DNA from: Heptranchias perlo
Taxonomy: Eukaryota
Reading direction: 5' to 3'
DNA length: 64,000 bases
NCBI RefSeq assembly: GCF_035084215.1
Contig: NW_027139442.1
Location: 5,890,001 to 5,954,000 of the forward strand
The notes under the pieces are model-generated. The model saw only the letters and a program-made list of their open reading frames with translations, made no database searches and had not been told where the DNA came from. Shown here in pieces: positions 41,171 through 54,030 of the stretch. Both the position numbers and the translations under genes were made by a program. The first letter of the stretch is position 1. Each line of letters begins with the position of its first letter.

Positions 41171-44100
41171 GTGTTGTATTATTTCCACATATGCAGTTTC
41201 TCATACTGTAGGTTAGTTTGGGATTCTTTCTGTATCTCAGTCTCAGGTAGCTTGTGTGCGTGTGGGATTCATACTTTACCTGTCAGTCTCTGGTGCTGTG
41301 TGTGAGTGTGGGATTCACTTTTTGTATCTGTCAGTCTCTGGTATTGTATGTGAGTTTGAGATTCCTTCTGCATGTCTCAGTCTCTGGTACGGTTTGCGAG
41401 TGTGGGATTCATTCTGTGTCTGTAAAATTATTCTCTCTGTTTGTATTATAGCGTTCAATAATTTAGCTTTAATATCTTAATGTTTAAATAGTTTTTCTCA
41501 TTATTTAATTTGTAAATATGGATGCACTTTCGGATAAGATGCTGGAGGTTTTTAATCAGATAATTTGTGTGCTTTTTGGACTATGATTAAATCTGTATCT
41601 CTGAACACAAATTTGAATGATAATCTATCTTTCAAACTGATATGATTACATTTTTGGACTGCTGTGTAATGTGTATCTCAGTCTGCACTAATAGAATTAA
41701 TACTGTATCTTTAAATCTCATACCATGATTGCATTATAAACTGATATCTAATTTGTTTCTCATGTTACGCTGTCACAGCATTTCTCAATCTGACACTGGA
41801 TGAGAGTTTTGGACCAGTATGCAATTTGTATCTCATGCTACACTATTCGAATGGATACGACATGTATTAAACTCACATGTGTGTGAGAGTTCTGGTCAAG
41901 TATTCAATTTGAATCTCGGGTTAAATTATTGCAATTCATTCCGTACCTTTCAATCGGGCACCATGTGTGATTACTATCTGGTATTTAATTCGTAGCTACT
42001 GTTAACCTACTGTGGGATTGACAATCTTAAAGCATGATTTTGGACTGGGATTTTTGTATCTACCTGTCAGTGGTACTGAGTTAGGGGGAAATGGAAATGC
42101 CTCACCTGCTCTGTTTCCGTGTTGGATTGAAAATGTGCCTCCGGATATTGGGATCAGTTTGTGACTGACTGCTTCTGCTGTCTGAGACTGTGGAACTGAT
42201 GACCTGTCTGTGTCTCCGTGAATGATAACGTACCTACTGTGTGTGAGGAGGAGCTGGCTGCACTGTTCCTTGTGCCTAGGATGGAGGAAGCATCACATTT
42301 ATTCTTGGCCCTTCAAGTATTTTTCTGTCAGAAGAAAAAAGTAACTGTTGTAACTCCAGAACCAGTGAGGTAGAAAATACAAAAGTGATAAGTTTAATAG
42401 CTCTGTTAATGATAATTATGTAAATCAGCGATACAAAGAGTGTCAGTGTCTGACTCCACTGCAGTACTGCAGCACTCAGCTTCTGCACACCAGGTGTGTT
42501 GGGCTGTTTTACAACAATTTAGTGACATCCAGACTCAACCCAACCCCTGCACTGATCCATGAATGGGACTACCCGATGGGGCGGGGACTTTGTACAGGTC
42601 AGGTTTCTAATTCCCTCTCCCAGGAGAATAACCTTTCAACAGAAATATAACAGCAGTTGTCTAAATTGTGTCCTTCACACTTCTCACCTGGTGCCTTCAA
42701 TAGATGCTCTTTGTATAAGTCCACACATCATTACTGTCCGACTCTGTTTCCAATCTTCACTCTCCAAAAACAACAAACAGGGTGAGACTGGAACTAAACC
42801 TGGAACATTCACTACTGGTCTGGGGAGAGAAAGCAGCAATGATTTTAAATAGCAGTTTCTTCCCATTCTGTCTCCCTTCCCCTGGACACACCCTGTACAC
42901 CCACAGCCCGAGAATGACCTCTCCCTTCCCCCTCTCACTCCATGTTCCGGGACAAGTTCCTGATCCACTCCGCCTCTTATGAAAAGCCCCCGGACTTCCC
43001 CTGACGTTCCCCCGGACTCAATACCGATCTCTGAGTCCATCTGCGGACACGGTCCCGAAGCGATGAGCTGCTGTAACGAGGCTGCTCTTTGCTCCCTTCC
43101 CCCGGGGGCCGTGATCACTCCATTCTCGGCTGTTTTAAACCATCTTCTTCCGCTCACTGAGGGAATGGCCCCAATAGGCCGAGCAGGGGGAGGGGATCGC
43201 GCATGCGCTCTTCCGCTCACCAACAAGCAGCGCGGGGGGCGGCGCTGAGTCACGCATGCGCAGATATCTGGTTTAATTCCCAATACAAAAATCGATGGAA
43301 ACTTTCTCCAATTGGAATTTTTCAGAGTCTGAGCAAAGGAAGTGGGACTGGGGGAAAGGTCAGAGGAAATGGGGTCCACAGGCAGTGCAGGAACAGGCAC
43401 CAGAATGGGAAACAGATGGGATTCCACCAGTGCATAACGCTGGAATCCAGACTGACTTTACAATCTCTAACTATTAAACTAGATGTTTCCATCCCTGCTG
43501 TTTCTCTCGGTATCTTTTGATGGTAAAGGGCCTTTCATCGATAAAATGGGCGGGTGTGAAATGAGCCAATGGATTCTGTTCATTCTTGGCCCCATTAACC
43601 ATTAATTAACGTGTGACTCCGAAACTGGATGCAGGATTTCTCAAACCAATCCTGGAGAAAAATGGGATGAAAGTCGGAGTCCGTGTATTTGCTGGGAGCG
43701 TGTAGGATTAATATCTGACAGCAACAGTCCCATATTAATATAATCAGATTGAAACTCTCGGTCACTGAGAGTAATAGCGAACGGCCCTGATCTGCAAAAC
43801 CGAATGTAGTACAACAGGCAAGAGAGGGTTAAATTCGGCCCACATTGTTTTTGTCACTCTCTGCACTGTCCCTGAGTGTGGGATTAATGGTGTGTCCGTC
43901 CCTGGTATATCAGTGAGAGATAAGACTACATCTTCTGTCTCTACAACGGGAATTTCTGGATAAAACGCAACTTTACATGTCAGTCTGGAACTGATACTGT
44001 TGCACTGTGCCTCTCCGCTCGCTCTGTCACCGTATCTGTCTCCCTTTCTCTCTCACTCTCCGGTGCTGTATATGAAGGTTGGATACTGCTATTAACCGTG

Positions 44101-45629
44101 ATATGAACATACTGATAGGAAATGTAAGACTGACAGTGTGTGCCTCGCTTTCTCTCTCGAGTGCTGTTTTTGAAGGTGGAATGCTGTCTGATATAAAACA
44201 GAGAGAATGGGGTGTCCAGGCCACACCGGAACTGGGGATGTGTTCGGCTCGAGTCCCAGTTCATGGTCATAACCTTTTCACAGATTCAGGGTGAGAGTCT
44301 CTGTGAGACGGTAAAACTGGCGGAGAAAATCCGCTTCATAATTCAAACCCCAACACATGAGATTCTACAAATCAGCTGGAATAAGAATTTTGTAAACTGC
44401 TAATTAAGAGAGTGGATTTTCCGCTTTGGCGGTGGAGTAAGTCGGCGATAACGGATCGGGCCCCCATTGTTCACTACGCCTGATTTTACTATCCATTGAC
44501 ACCAATGAGTTCACTGAAGTAACTGATATCAATCCAATACTTCAAATAAATTTGGAAATAACAGACAGGAATTATATTTTATCCAACAAATGCTTTTTGA
44601 GAAATAATGCAAGATGTGATTCTAACATGAAATGGTTTGCTGTTATTAGTCGGGAAATAATATGATTTCAATATTAAATGTTTAATCCTGTAATGAATAA
44701 AATCAAATGCTCCATTTCGGTTGATGATTATTTCCCATCACACACACTGCCTGGTGGGATGGACTGAGGGTGAGCTGTCAGGGTCAGACAGCGTCCTGTT
44801 CATTGGGACATTTGTTTTGGCCAGAACAGAATAATAATGGACCAACACCCGGACCGTTACTAACTGGTAAAATATTAATGTAATTTCAAACTCCAGTGGG
44901 GAGTTCCGGAGATCGTTTCATCTCTGAGCTGCTGTGCAGCAATGTTTACTCACTGCAGGGAGTTTAATGGGACATGAGGCTGGGCCTGGTTACAGAGATC
45001 GATAAGGAAACCTCCTGATACATTTCTGAGACGATCAGGGGGCGGGAGATTTCACACGGCCGCAGCAGGCCAAGGGAAAGCTCTCCTGCTCCTCCTTGCC
45101 CCACAAAATATATGTTAAAAAGAAACTTCTCAGAGTTCTGGACCACTCAATCCCCATCGAAAGGGCGGCTCCTCCAACCATTTTTAGCCAGCATTAAATG
45201 GTTTCCCGTGTACGTCATAATACTCTGATTTACATATTACAAGTGGCCTGACCGGAAACAGGTGGGTGTTGCTCGGGCCGCTCTTCTCAGGACATGACCC
45301 ACGATGGTGGAGGCAGGAACGCCAGTGTTAAAGGGGCGGTAATGACCTGACACCATTTACAAGCCTCGACCACCCTATTTCCGCCAGGCGAGGATACTTA
45401 AAATCGGCCACACCTTTCCTGACCTACGCCCTAGAATGAATCTTCGAAGCCCACAAGCTGGTCCATTTTCTCAAATTGCATCGGTTCATAACACGTGGAG
45501 GGAAATTTTCAGCATCGCTGGGGACTGAACTGGTAGAGCCGATCACCCGCCCCTTACAGAACCCGCCCGATTTTAATTCTTGCTCCGTCAGTTTACCTCC
45601 CAAGATGTGAAGGTGAAATTACCCCCTAC

Positions 45630-46232
45630 GTTTCTGACCCCAAGGTTCGACAGGTGTGTGAAAGACATCAGACAGTGTTTGCCAAACACTAACATGAATG
45701 TGGGCGAATGGATCCGTGTATTCGGGTAGAAGCTGATAACCCACCCAACGGAGACTGGACCCCTATACCGTGGTGTCGAAGAGGAGTTCATCCCCAACAG
45801 CTCGGTAACACAGGTCGCTGTCCTCTATGGGCAGTTGTCCAAGATGCACAACGAGACAGATATCAACAGCTGCTGGAAGACCATCAATTCGGTCAAGGAG
45901 GCCCTTTGTTCCCCCGAAACTTGCTGGTCTTCCTGCCGAGGGAACTGTCCGCGGCCAAGTGTTGGCCACTGGCACAATCCAAGGTCCAGTATTTCATGCT
46001 GAGGTGCACACTGAAGCGAGGTGCGGCCTACACAAAGGCTTTATTGGGAAAGGCAAACGTGTAAGGCTATCCCACCTTGTATTGTACAGCATGTGTTAGA
46101 AGATATTTACTGTGTTTTGACTTGTAATAATGGAATCGTATGATGTGTATTGTATTTGTTTTGAATTGTAATTGTAATATTTACATTGAACTGTGTGTAT
46201 TCATGAATTTTATGAAATAAAGTATATTTTGA
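45630..46232 (+). mobile_element. Tx1-clade LINE 3' fragment (decayed)
   Basis: FIPNSSVTQ..VLYG...H.ETDIN.CWKTINSVKEAL...RNLLVF...LAQSKVQ.F.LR..LK.GAA..KALLGKANV*, then AT-rich UTR ending TTTATGAAATAAAGTATATTTT. Confidence 0.7.
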
Positions 46233-46799
46233 AATATTAAATAAAGTTCCAGTCTCACTATTTCTCTTCTTATTGGACACTGAAGAGTGGAAACCGACCC
46301 GAATCGTAAAGATGTTGGAAGTTATACAAATATCATTTATTGCAGGCATCAGGTGAGAAATAGGGAGTGTTTTCTTAAGGGTGAGAAACTGGGGACTGTG
46401 GAGGAGCAGAGGGGTTTGGGTGTCCAGGTACACCAATCAATAAAAATAAGTGCACAATTGTAAAAAATGAATGAAAGATCCCAATTTCTAGGCTGTCATA
46501 TCCCAAGGTAGCGCTATCAGGTACTTTCCCAACTCTGTGGAATTTGCTGATACAATCAGGCCCCACTGCCTCCCTTGCTGGTCCATTCCATACATCCAGC
46601 GCACTCTGCATTAAAAAATATAGATTCAAGCATTCTGCTCATCCTGTGCCCCAGGTTGAGAAGACTGAGAGAGGCAGGAGGACCCAGACCATTAGCCTTA
46701 TGTGACTTTGGACATTTCTGTTTTTAATTCAGCTTATTGAATTTGCAATTTATCCACTTTTTTGTACATTTCTATTTTTATTTTTTGAACAAATTCTCC

Positions 46800-47210
46800 A
46801 AACCCTGTGCGCAGTGAGTGCTGACTCCGGGCCCTTTGATTGACAGCCCTCACCTCCGCCCGCCTCCGTCCTGGGCTGACTCCTCCTATCACGTGACACG
46901 CGGCACCGTCTCTCACCTTTGTGCGCTGACATCGCGATGAGCACAAACATCTCCGGCCCGAGGGGCGCCGCGCATGCGCCGCACGGTCCCTATGCCGCGT
47001 TCCTTCAGCAACAGGCGCGTCCCGGGAGGATGATGATGGCGGCCTCGGGTCGGCGGGCGGGCGGCCGCTGCTGTGGGCGGGGTCGAGACCGACAGAGGGA
47101 GGGTCCGCATCTGGAAGTGGCCTGGGCCCCGGGGCCTTGGAATGGCGCCGTGAGGCCGGCCCGGGCAACAGCTCCTCCGACTTCAGGCCCGATCGCCGTT
47201 AATGGGGTCG
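46800..47210. promoter_or_regulatory. CpG island / promoter-like region
   Basis: High CpG density, TCACGTGA ~46889, GCGCATGCGC ~46970, ATGGCGGC ~47036. Confidence 0.55.
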
Positions 47211-47800
47211 CAACCCCCGGGACGGAGGGACCGAGACCCCGGGACGGTGGGACCGAGACACCGTGATGGAGGGACCGAGACCCCGGGATGGAGGGACCGA
47301 GACCCTGGAACGGTGGGACTGAGACCCCGGGCCGGAGGGACCGAGACCCTGGAACGGTGGGACCGAGACCCCGGGATGGAGGGACCGCGACCCCGGGATG
47401 GTGGGACCGAGACCCCGGGATGGAGGGACCGAGACCCTGGAACGGTGGGACTGAGACCCCGGGATGGAGGGACCGAGACCCTCGAACGGTGGGACTGAGA
47501 CCCGGGGATGGAGGGACCGCGACCCCGGGATGGTGGGACCGCGATCCTGGGACAGCGGGGCGTCGACCCCGGGATGGAGGAACTGCGACCCCAGGGATGG
47601 AGGCACTGTGACCCCGGGATGGTGGGATCGCGATCCTGGGACAGCGGGGCGTCGACCCCGGGATGGAGGAACTGCGACCCCAGGGATGGAGGCACTGTGA
47701 CCCCGCGGACGGAGGGAACGCGACCCCGGGAGGGAGGGGCCGTGAACCTGGGATGGAGGGACCACGAACCCGCGATGGAGGTATCGTGACCCCTGGAGGG
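47210..47800. repeat. GC-rich 22-bp tandem repeat (GGGACCGAGACCCCGGGATGGA) with higher-order duplication
   Basis: Direct reading; explains the Pro/Gly/Arg-rich ORFs in all frames. Confidence 0.92.
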
Positions 47801-47867
47801 AGGTGGTCCTTTAGACCGTTCATGCTCTGTTGTGAGACCTCTGTGTGTGTCTTGCTCTGTTCGTGTT

Positions 47868-48030
47868 CTATTACATTGGCTCCCGGTGTGGCAATGCCTC
47901 GACTTTAAAATTCTCATCCTCGTGTTCAAATCCCTCCATGGCCCTCACCCTCTCCCTATCTCTGTAATCCCCTGCAACCTATTTAATCTGCACCGACAAC
48001 CGCATGTCTCGCCACCCTCAGGTCTCGGAC
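47868..48030 (+). mobile_element. L2-clade LINE fragment
   Basis: LHWLPVWQCLDFKILILVFKSLHG, the L2 ORF2 C-terminal motif. Confidence 0.75.
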
Positions 48031-48342
48031 TCTCAGTCCTGTATAACACACAGTCAGTGCTGGGACACTCAGTCCTGTTATATACAGAGTCAGTGCTAAG
48101 ACACTCAGTCCTGGTATAGACACAGTCAGTGCTGGGACATTCAGTCCTGTTGTCGACACAGTCAGTGCTGGGATATTCAGTCCTGTTATACACACAGTCA
48201 GTGCTGGGACACTCAGTCCTGTTATAGACACAGTCAGTGCTGGGACATTCAGTCCTGTTGTAGACACAGTCAGTGCTGGGACATTCAGTCCTGTTATACA
48301 CACACTCAGTGCTGGGACACTCAGTCCTGTTATACACAGTCA
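48030..48342. repeat. ~36-bp tandem repeat (ACAGTCAGTGCTGGGACACTCAGTCCTGTTATACAC), ~8.5 copies
   Basis: Direct reading. Confidence 0.93.
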
Positions 48343-48349
48343 GATAAAT

Positions 48350-49670
48350 AAATAACTACAAACTAAGAATGAAATCTCCAGGATGTGACGGTTTCCACCC
48401 CAGAGTTTTAAAGGAAACAGGTGGGGAAATTGCAGATGCATTCGTCATAATTTCCCAAAGCTCTCCAGACTCAGGAATTGTGCCTTTGGATATGAATGTT
48501 GAAAATGTCACTCCGTTTATTTAAGAAAGGAAGGAGGGAGAAACCAGGACAATACAGACCTGTCATTTTAACGTCGGTTGTGGGGAACTAACTGAAATCT
48601 ATCATGAGAAAAAAAATGAGCTGGTCAAAGAGAGTCAACTTGGATTTGTGAAGGGCAGGTCATATCTGACTAATTTCGTTGGATTTGTTGAGGAAACTAA
48701 CAAGGTGGACAGGGGATTGTCTATGAAGGTTATCTATATGGACTTACAGAATGCATTTGAAAAGGTTCAGCACAAGAGATTAATGGAAAAAATAAAAGGC
48801 ACAAAATTGAAAGTGACCTTGTGACTTGGGTTGCAATTGGTTGGGAGGTCGGAGAAAAGAGTAAGGAGAAAGGGAATTTTCTTTGATTGGCGGGATATGA
48901 CTAGTGGTGTCCCCATGGATCTGTACTGGGGCCTCAGCTTTTCACCATATTTATCAATAACTTGGATGAAGGAATAGAGAGTTGTAGATCCAAGTTTCCA
49001 GATGACACTAAGTTATGAGGCACAGTAAGTTGTGTAGATGGGAGCAGAAAGTTACAAAGGGAAAGTTTAAGTGAATGGACAAACTGTGGCAGATGGAGTT
49101 CAATGTGGGGAAGTGTGAGATCATTCACTTTGGATGCAAAAAGGTAACATTGGAGTATTTTCTTAAAGTGAGAGACTGCGAATGGTGAAGGAGCAAAGGG
49201 ATTTGGGTGTCCATGTACACAAATCACTAAATGCTAGTGCACAGATGCAAAAAGCAACCACAGACTAATGGCCTTTATCTCCAGTGTTGGAATACAAAGG
49301 GAAGGAAGTGATGCTTCAGTTCTACAGAGCCTTGGTCAGAGCCCATCTGGAGTACTGATCCTCACCAAGGATATATTGACCTTGGAGGGGGGACAGTGCA
49401 GATTCACCAGAATGATACTGGGCATTGAAGTGTTCAATTATGAGGACCGGTTGCATAAACTTGGTTTTGCATTCCTTTGAGTTTAGAAGTTTGAAGGGTG
49501 ATCTGATCCAGGGATTTAAAATGATAAAGGGATTCGAAGTGGTAGAAACAGAAACTATTTTCTCTGTTGGGGGAATCCAGAACAAGAGGACATAACCTTA
49601 AATTTAGAGCTAGGGCGTCTAGGATTGAAATCAGGAAGCTCTTTTTCACACAAGGAGAGTGGAAAACTGC
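48350..49670 (+). mobile_element. CR1 LINE ORF2 (RT) fragment, decayed
   Basis: [75 protein letters not shown] with frameshifts. Confidence 0.9.
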
Positions 49671-50010
49671 TCAGGCTGATTGAACTGGACCCTGTGATAA
49701 AATAGAATTTTATGTCCTGTCAGACTTGGACATCTTGTAGATCCATCTTTTAAAAAGGTGGAGGAGCTCAGTACGAAGATGTATTCAACTCACGTCGTCA
49801 TAAGTCCTCCAACTGTTTCTTTTATCATCGAGATATGAAGGTCAAAAACACTGTGTTCAAAAGAAAGCTGATTTATTTGACACTTGTACAGAATACTAAA
49901 CTGCAGCCCAGTTAAAGGGGGTCATTAACATCAGAAACAAACTCCAACTGTCAGAATGAACGTGGTTTAGTCCTGGATACAGCAATAACAGCAGAATCCA
50001 ACTCCTGCAG

Positions 50011-51105
50011 TCACATGTGAACTCGCTGGTGACTCAGCAGGTGGGATGACTGAGTGAATCCCATCCCACACACGGAACAGGTGATCGGCCTCTCCTCAAT
50101 GTGAATACGTTCATGTCTCATCAGATCCCATGTTCTTTTAAAGCTCTTCTCACAGTTTGAACATTTAAAGGGTCTCTTATCAATGTGAACAAGTTGGTGT
50201 TCAATGAGGCCGGATGAACAAGTGAATTCCTTCCCACACACAGAGCAGGTGAATGGCCTCTCCCCAGTGTGAACTCGTTGGTGTGTCAGCAGGGTGGATG
50301 ACTGAGTGAAGCTCTTCCCACACACGGAGCAGGTGAACGGCCTCTCCCCAGTGTGAACTCGCTGGTGTGTCAGCAGGGTGGATGACTGAGCGAATCCCTT
50401 CCCGCACAGGGAGCAGGTGAATGGCCTCTCCCCGATGTGAACTTGCTGATGTCTCAGGAGGTGGGATGATCGAGTGAATCGCTTCCCACACACAGAGCAG
50501 GTGAACGGCATCTCCCCAGTGTGGACTCGCTGGTGTGTCAGTAGGCTGGATGAGCGAGTAAATCCCTTCCCACACAAGGAGCAGATGAACGGCCTCTCCC
50601 CAGTGTGAGTACGTTGGTGTGTCAGCAGATCACTTTTTCTTTTAAATCTCTTCTCACAGACAGAACATTTAAAAAGACACTTATCAGTGTGAACAAGTTG
50701 ATGTTCAATGAGGTGGGAAGATTGAGTGAATCCGCTCCCACACACGGAGCAGGTGAACGGCCTCTCCCCAGTGTGAATTCGCTGGTGTGTCAGCAGGTTG
50801 GATGACTGAATGAATCCCTTCCCACACACGGAGCAGGTGAACGGCCTCTCCCCACTGTGAATACGTTGGTGTGTCAGCAGATCACTTTTTCTTTTAAAGC
50901 TCTTCTCACAGACAGAACATTTAAAAAGTCTCTTATCAGTGTGAACAAGTTGATGTTCAATGAGGTGGGATGACTGAGTGAATCCCTTCCCACACACGGA
51001 GCAGGTGAACGGCCTCTCCCCAGTGTGTCTGTGTCGATGAGTTTCCAGCCGGGACGAGTAACTGAATCCCCTCCCACAGTCCCCACATTTCCACGGTTTC
51101 TCCAT
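50011..51105 (-). CDS. Tandem C2H2 zinc-finger protein (13 fingers, 364 aa)
   Basis: 13 CxxC-x12-HxxxH fingers with TGERPF linkers; splice acceptor TTTTACAG at ~51465; AATAAA at 49872-49877 (minus). Confidence 0.92.
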   Translation of the reverse strand: MEKPWKCGDCGRGFSYSSRLETHRHRHTGERPFTCSVCGKGFTQSSHLIEHQLVHTDKRLFKCSVCEKSFKRKSDLLTHQRIHSGERPFTCSVCGKGFIQSSNLLTHQRIHTGERPFTCSVCGSGFTQSSHLIEHQLVHTDKCLFKCSVCEKRFKRKSDLLTHQRTHTGERPFICSLCGKGFTRSSSLLTHQRVHTGEMPFTCSVCGKRFTRSSHLLRHQQVHIGERPFTCSLCGKGFAQSSTLLTHQRVHTGERPFTCSVCGKSFTQSSTLLTHQRVHTGERPFTCSVCGKEFTCSSGLIEHQLVHIDKRPFKCSNCEKSFKRTWDLMRHERIHIEERPITCSVCGMGFTQSSHLLSHQRVHM

Positions 51106-51679
51106 GGTGCGGGCGTCCTCGTGTCTCTCCAGGTTGGACGATCAGTACAAGTCTCGTCTGCACAGAGAACACTTGTCTGGTTTCTCCCCACTGTGAATGG
51201 TACGATGTTTTTTCAGGCTGTGTAACTGGTTAAATTTCTTTCCACAGTCAGTGCACTGGAACACTCTCACTCGGGTGTGTGTGTTTCGCTGCTATTCCAG
51301 TCACAGTGATGTTTGAAATCTTTTCCCACAGGTGGAACAGATCAACATTTCTCCTATATTTTAAGGCCGATAATCTTCAGGTGCTGGTGAATAGAGTGAC
51401 TGTCAGATCTTGACGTGATGTTTGGTTTGAGTTTGTCGTCTGCAAATCCTCCCCTTCTAATACCCTGTAAAAGGAGATAACAAAAGTCCTCACTGTGAAT
51501 ACGAGATTTAAATTCAGAACAGGCAATTCCAGTTTCTATGGAACATTCGACCCGCTCATTCCCCCAGACTGTAAATGCCCGTCCCGCACACTCACCCTCC
51601 TCCCTCTGCTGAAACCCAAACCCATCGCACCACTTCCAACAATTTTCCTTCTATTTAATTTTTCTGTCTTGAAGATCCC

Positions 51680-51870
51680 GACTCGGACTGGTTTCAGTTC
51701 TACACTCACTGGTTCCATTCCCTCTCCTCCCCTGAAGGTGCTAGTTCTGGCTAGGTTCAGTTCTACACGCACTGCTCCCAACCATCTCCTCCCCTGAAGG
51801 TGCTGACTCTGGTTGGATGCTGTTCTGCACTCACTGGTTCCCCTCTCCTCTCCTGAAGATGCTCACTCTT
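51680..51870. repeat. ~62-bp degenerate tandem repeat, 3 copies
   Basis: CTGG.TTCAGTTCTACACTCACTGGTTCC...CTCTCCTCCCCTGAAGGTGCT repeated. Confidence 0.7.
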
Positions 51871-51974
51871 GCTGTGTGTATATGGTCTGCCCCTCATTTC
51901 GACATTATGTCCCTCCCTATAGCTGCCTGTAGGCAGTCCATATGTAATACCTCCCAAATTTGGCGACGGAATCT

Positions 51975-53230
51975 TTCTGACCAGTCACCATTTCTCCTTC
52001 ATTTAAACACTATCCCTGACCTATCACAATTTCTCCTTTATTTGCAGACAGTCCCTGACCAGTCAGCATTTCACCTTCATTGACAGACACTCCCTGAGCA
52101 AACACCATTTCTCCTTCATTTAAAAACTCTCTCTGACCAGTCAGCATTTTCCTTCATTAATAGACGCTCCCTGGCCCATCACTATTTCTTCATTTATGGA
52201 CATTACCTGACCTGTCAACATTTCTCCTGCATTCACAGACACTCCCGGACCAATCACCATTCCTCCTTCATTGACAGACACTCCTTGACCAGTTTCTATT
52301 TCTCCTTCATTAACAAACGCTGCCTGACAAGTCACCATTTCTCCATCATTTACAGACTCTGCTTGAACTGTCACAATTTCTCCGTCATTTATCGATACTC
52401 CCTGTCCCGTCACCGTTTCTCCTTCATTTATAGACACTCCCTGACCTGTCACCATGTCCTCCCCTATTTATAGATACTCCCATACCAGACGCCATTTCAC
52501 CTGCATTTATAAACACTCCCTGACCCGTCACCATTCCTCCTTCATTTATAGCCACGCCCTGACCCGTCACCATTTCGATTTCATTAATAGACACTCCCTA
52601 ACCAGACACTATGTTTCCTTCATTTACAGACACTCCCTAATGAGACAATTTTTCCTTCATTTACAGACACTCCCTGACCAATCACCATTTCATCTTCATT
52701 TACAAACATTCACTGTCCCGTCCCCATTTCTCTTTCATTTATAGACACTCCCTGACCCTTCACCGCTTCTCCTTCATATATAGACACTCCCTCACCCGGC
52801 ACCATTTATCCTTCATTTGGAGACAATCCCTGTCCAGTCACCATTTATCCTTGATTTACAGACACTCCCGAACTAGTCAGCATTTCTCCTTCATTTACAG
52901 ACACCCCCTGACCTGTCACCAGTTCTCCTTCATTTACAGACACCCCCTGACCTGTCACCAGTTCTCCTTCATTTACAGACACTCCATGACCAGTCACCAG
53001 TTATCCTTCATTTACGGACACTCCATGACCAGTCGCAATTTCTCCTTCATTTAGAGACACTTCCTGACCAATCACTATTTCTCCTTCATTGACAGACGCT
53101 CCCTGAACGTCCCCATTTCTACTTAATTTATAGACACTTCCTGACCAATCGCATTTCTCCATCATTTGCAGACACTCCCTGACCGGTTATCATTTCTGCT
53201 TCATTTACAGACACTCCCTGACCAGTCACC
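51975..53230. repeat. Degenerate 39-bp tandem repeat (CAGACACTCCCTGACCAGTCACCATTTCTCCTTCATTTA), ~32 copies
   Basis: Direct reading; likely intronic to the zinc-finger gene. Confidence 0.92.
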
Positions 53231-53314
53231 TCCTCTCACCGCATCTCCCTCCAGATGTCCGTTCACTTGTGAGCAATGCTCTTGCCATCCACAAACTTAT
53301 TGCGGATTGCTGCA

Positions 53315-53765
53315 TTTAGGAACATCGGAACAGGAGTTGGCCATTCAGCCCCACGAGCCGGTTCCGCCATTCAATTAGATCATGGCTGATTTATATCTTA
53401 AATCTATCTACCCTACTTCGTATCATAGCCCTTAATACTTTGGCCAAACACAAATCTATCAATCTCAATTTTCAAATTTACAATTGACCCCCAGCCTCAA
53501 CAGCTTTTTGGAGTGAAGAGAGTTCCAGATTTCCACTCCCCTTTGTGTGAAGAATTACTTCCTGACGTCACCCCTCAATGGCCGAGCTCTAATTTTAAGA
53601 TGATTCCCGCTTGTTCTGGACTCTCCCACCAGAGGAAATAGTTTATCTCCATCGACTCTATCAAAACCTCTAATCATCTTAAACACCTCAATTAGATCAA
53701 TCCTAAATATTGTTTATTCAAGAGAATACAAGCCTAGTCTACGCATCTGTGTTCATCATTTACAT
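53315..53765 (-). mobile_element. CR1 LINE 3' fragment
   Basis: Reverse complement of a CR1 3' UTR (AGGAGTTGGCCATTCAGCCC) and ORF2 end (DLIEVFKMIRGFDRVD...FTQR). Confidence 0.8.
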
Positions 53766-53829
53766 AATTCATCACCATAAGTACAGGATAGAAATTCAGA
53801 ACACACAGTTCTAGTTTCTCTGGAACAGT

Positions 53830-54030
53830 CTTTTCTCCCTTGCCCCTCCTAAGCTGTGAATGCCCCGTCTAACACACTCTCCCTCCTTGCCCCTATTAAG
53901 CTGTAAATCCCCATCCCACACACTCTCCCTCTTTGCCCCTATTAAGCTGTAAATCCCCCGTCAAACACTATCCCTCCTTGCCCCAATTAAACTCTGAATT
54001 CCCCCATCCCACACACTATCCCTCCGTGAC
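53830..54030. repeat. ~48-bp tandem repeat, 4 copies
   Basis: CTCCCTCCTTGCCCCTATTAAGCTGTAAATCCCC...CACACT repeated. Confidence 0.75.

Noticed and set aside
40065-41216. 368-aa and 300-aa Cys-rich periodic ORFs
   Set aside because: Translation of the 39-bp satellite; open in several frames on both strands
44405-45600. Possible MITE or non-autonomous DNA transposon fragments
   Set aside because: Only vague resemblance; no matching TIR pair or TSD could be established by eye
46734-47929. Pro/Gly/Arg-rich ORFs of 140-270 aa
   Set aside because: Explained by the GC-rich 22-bp repeat and CpG island
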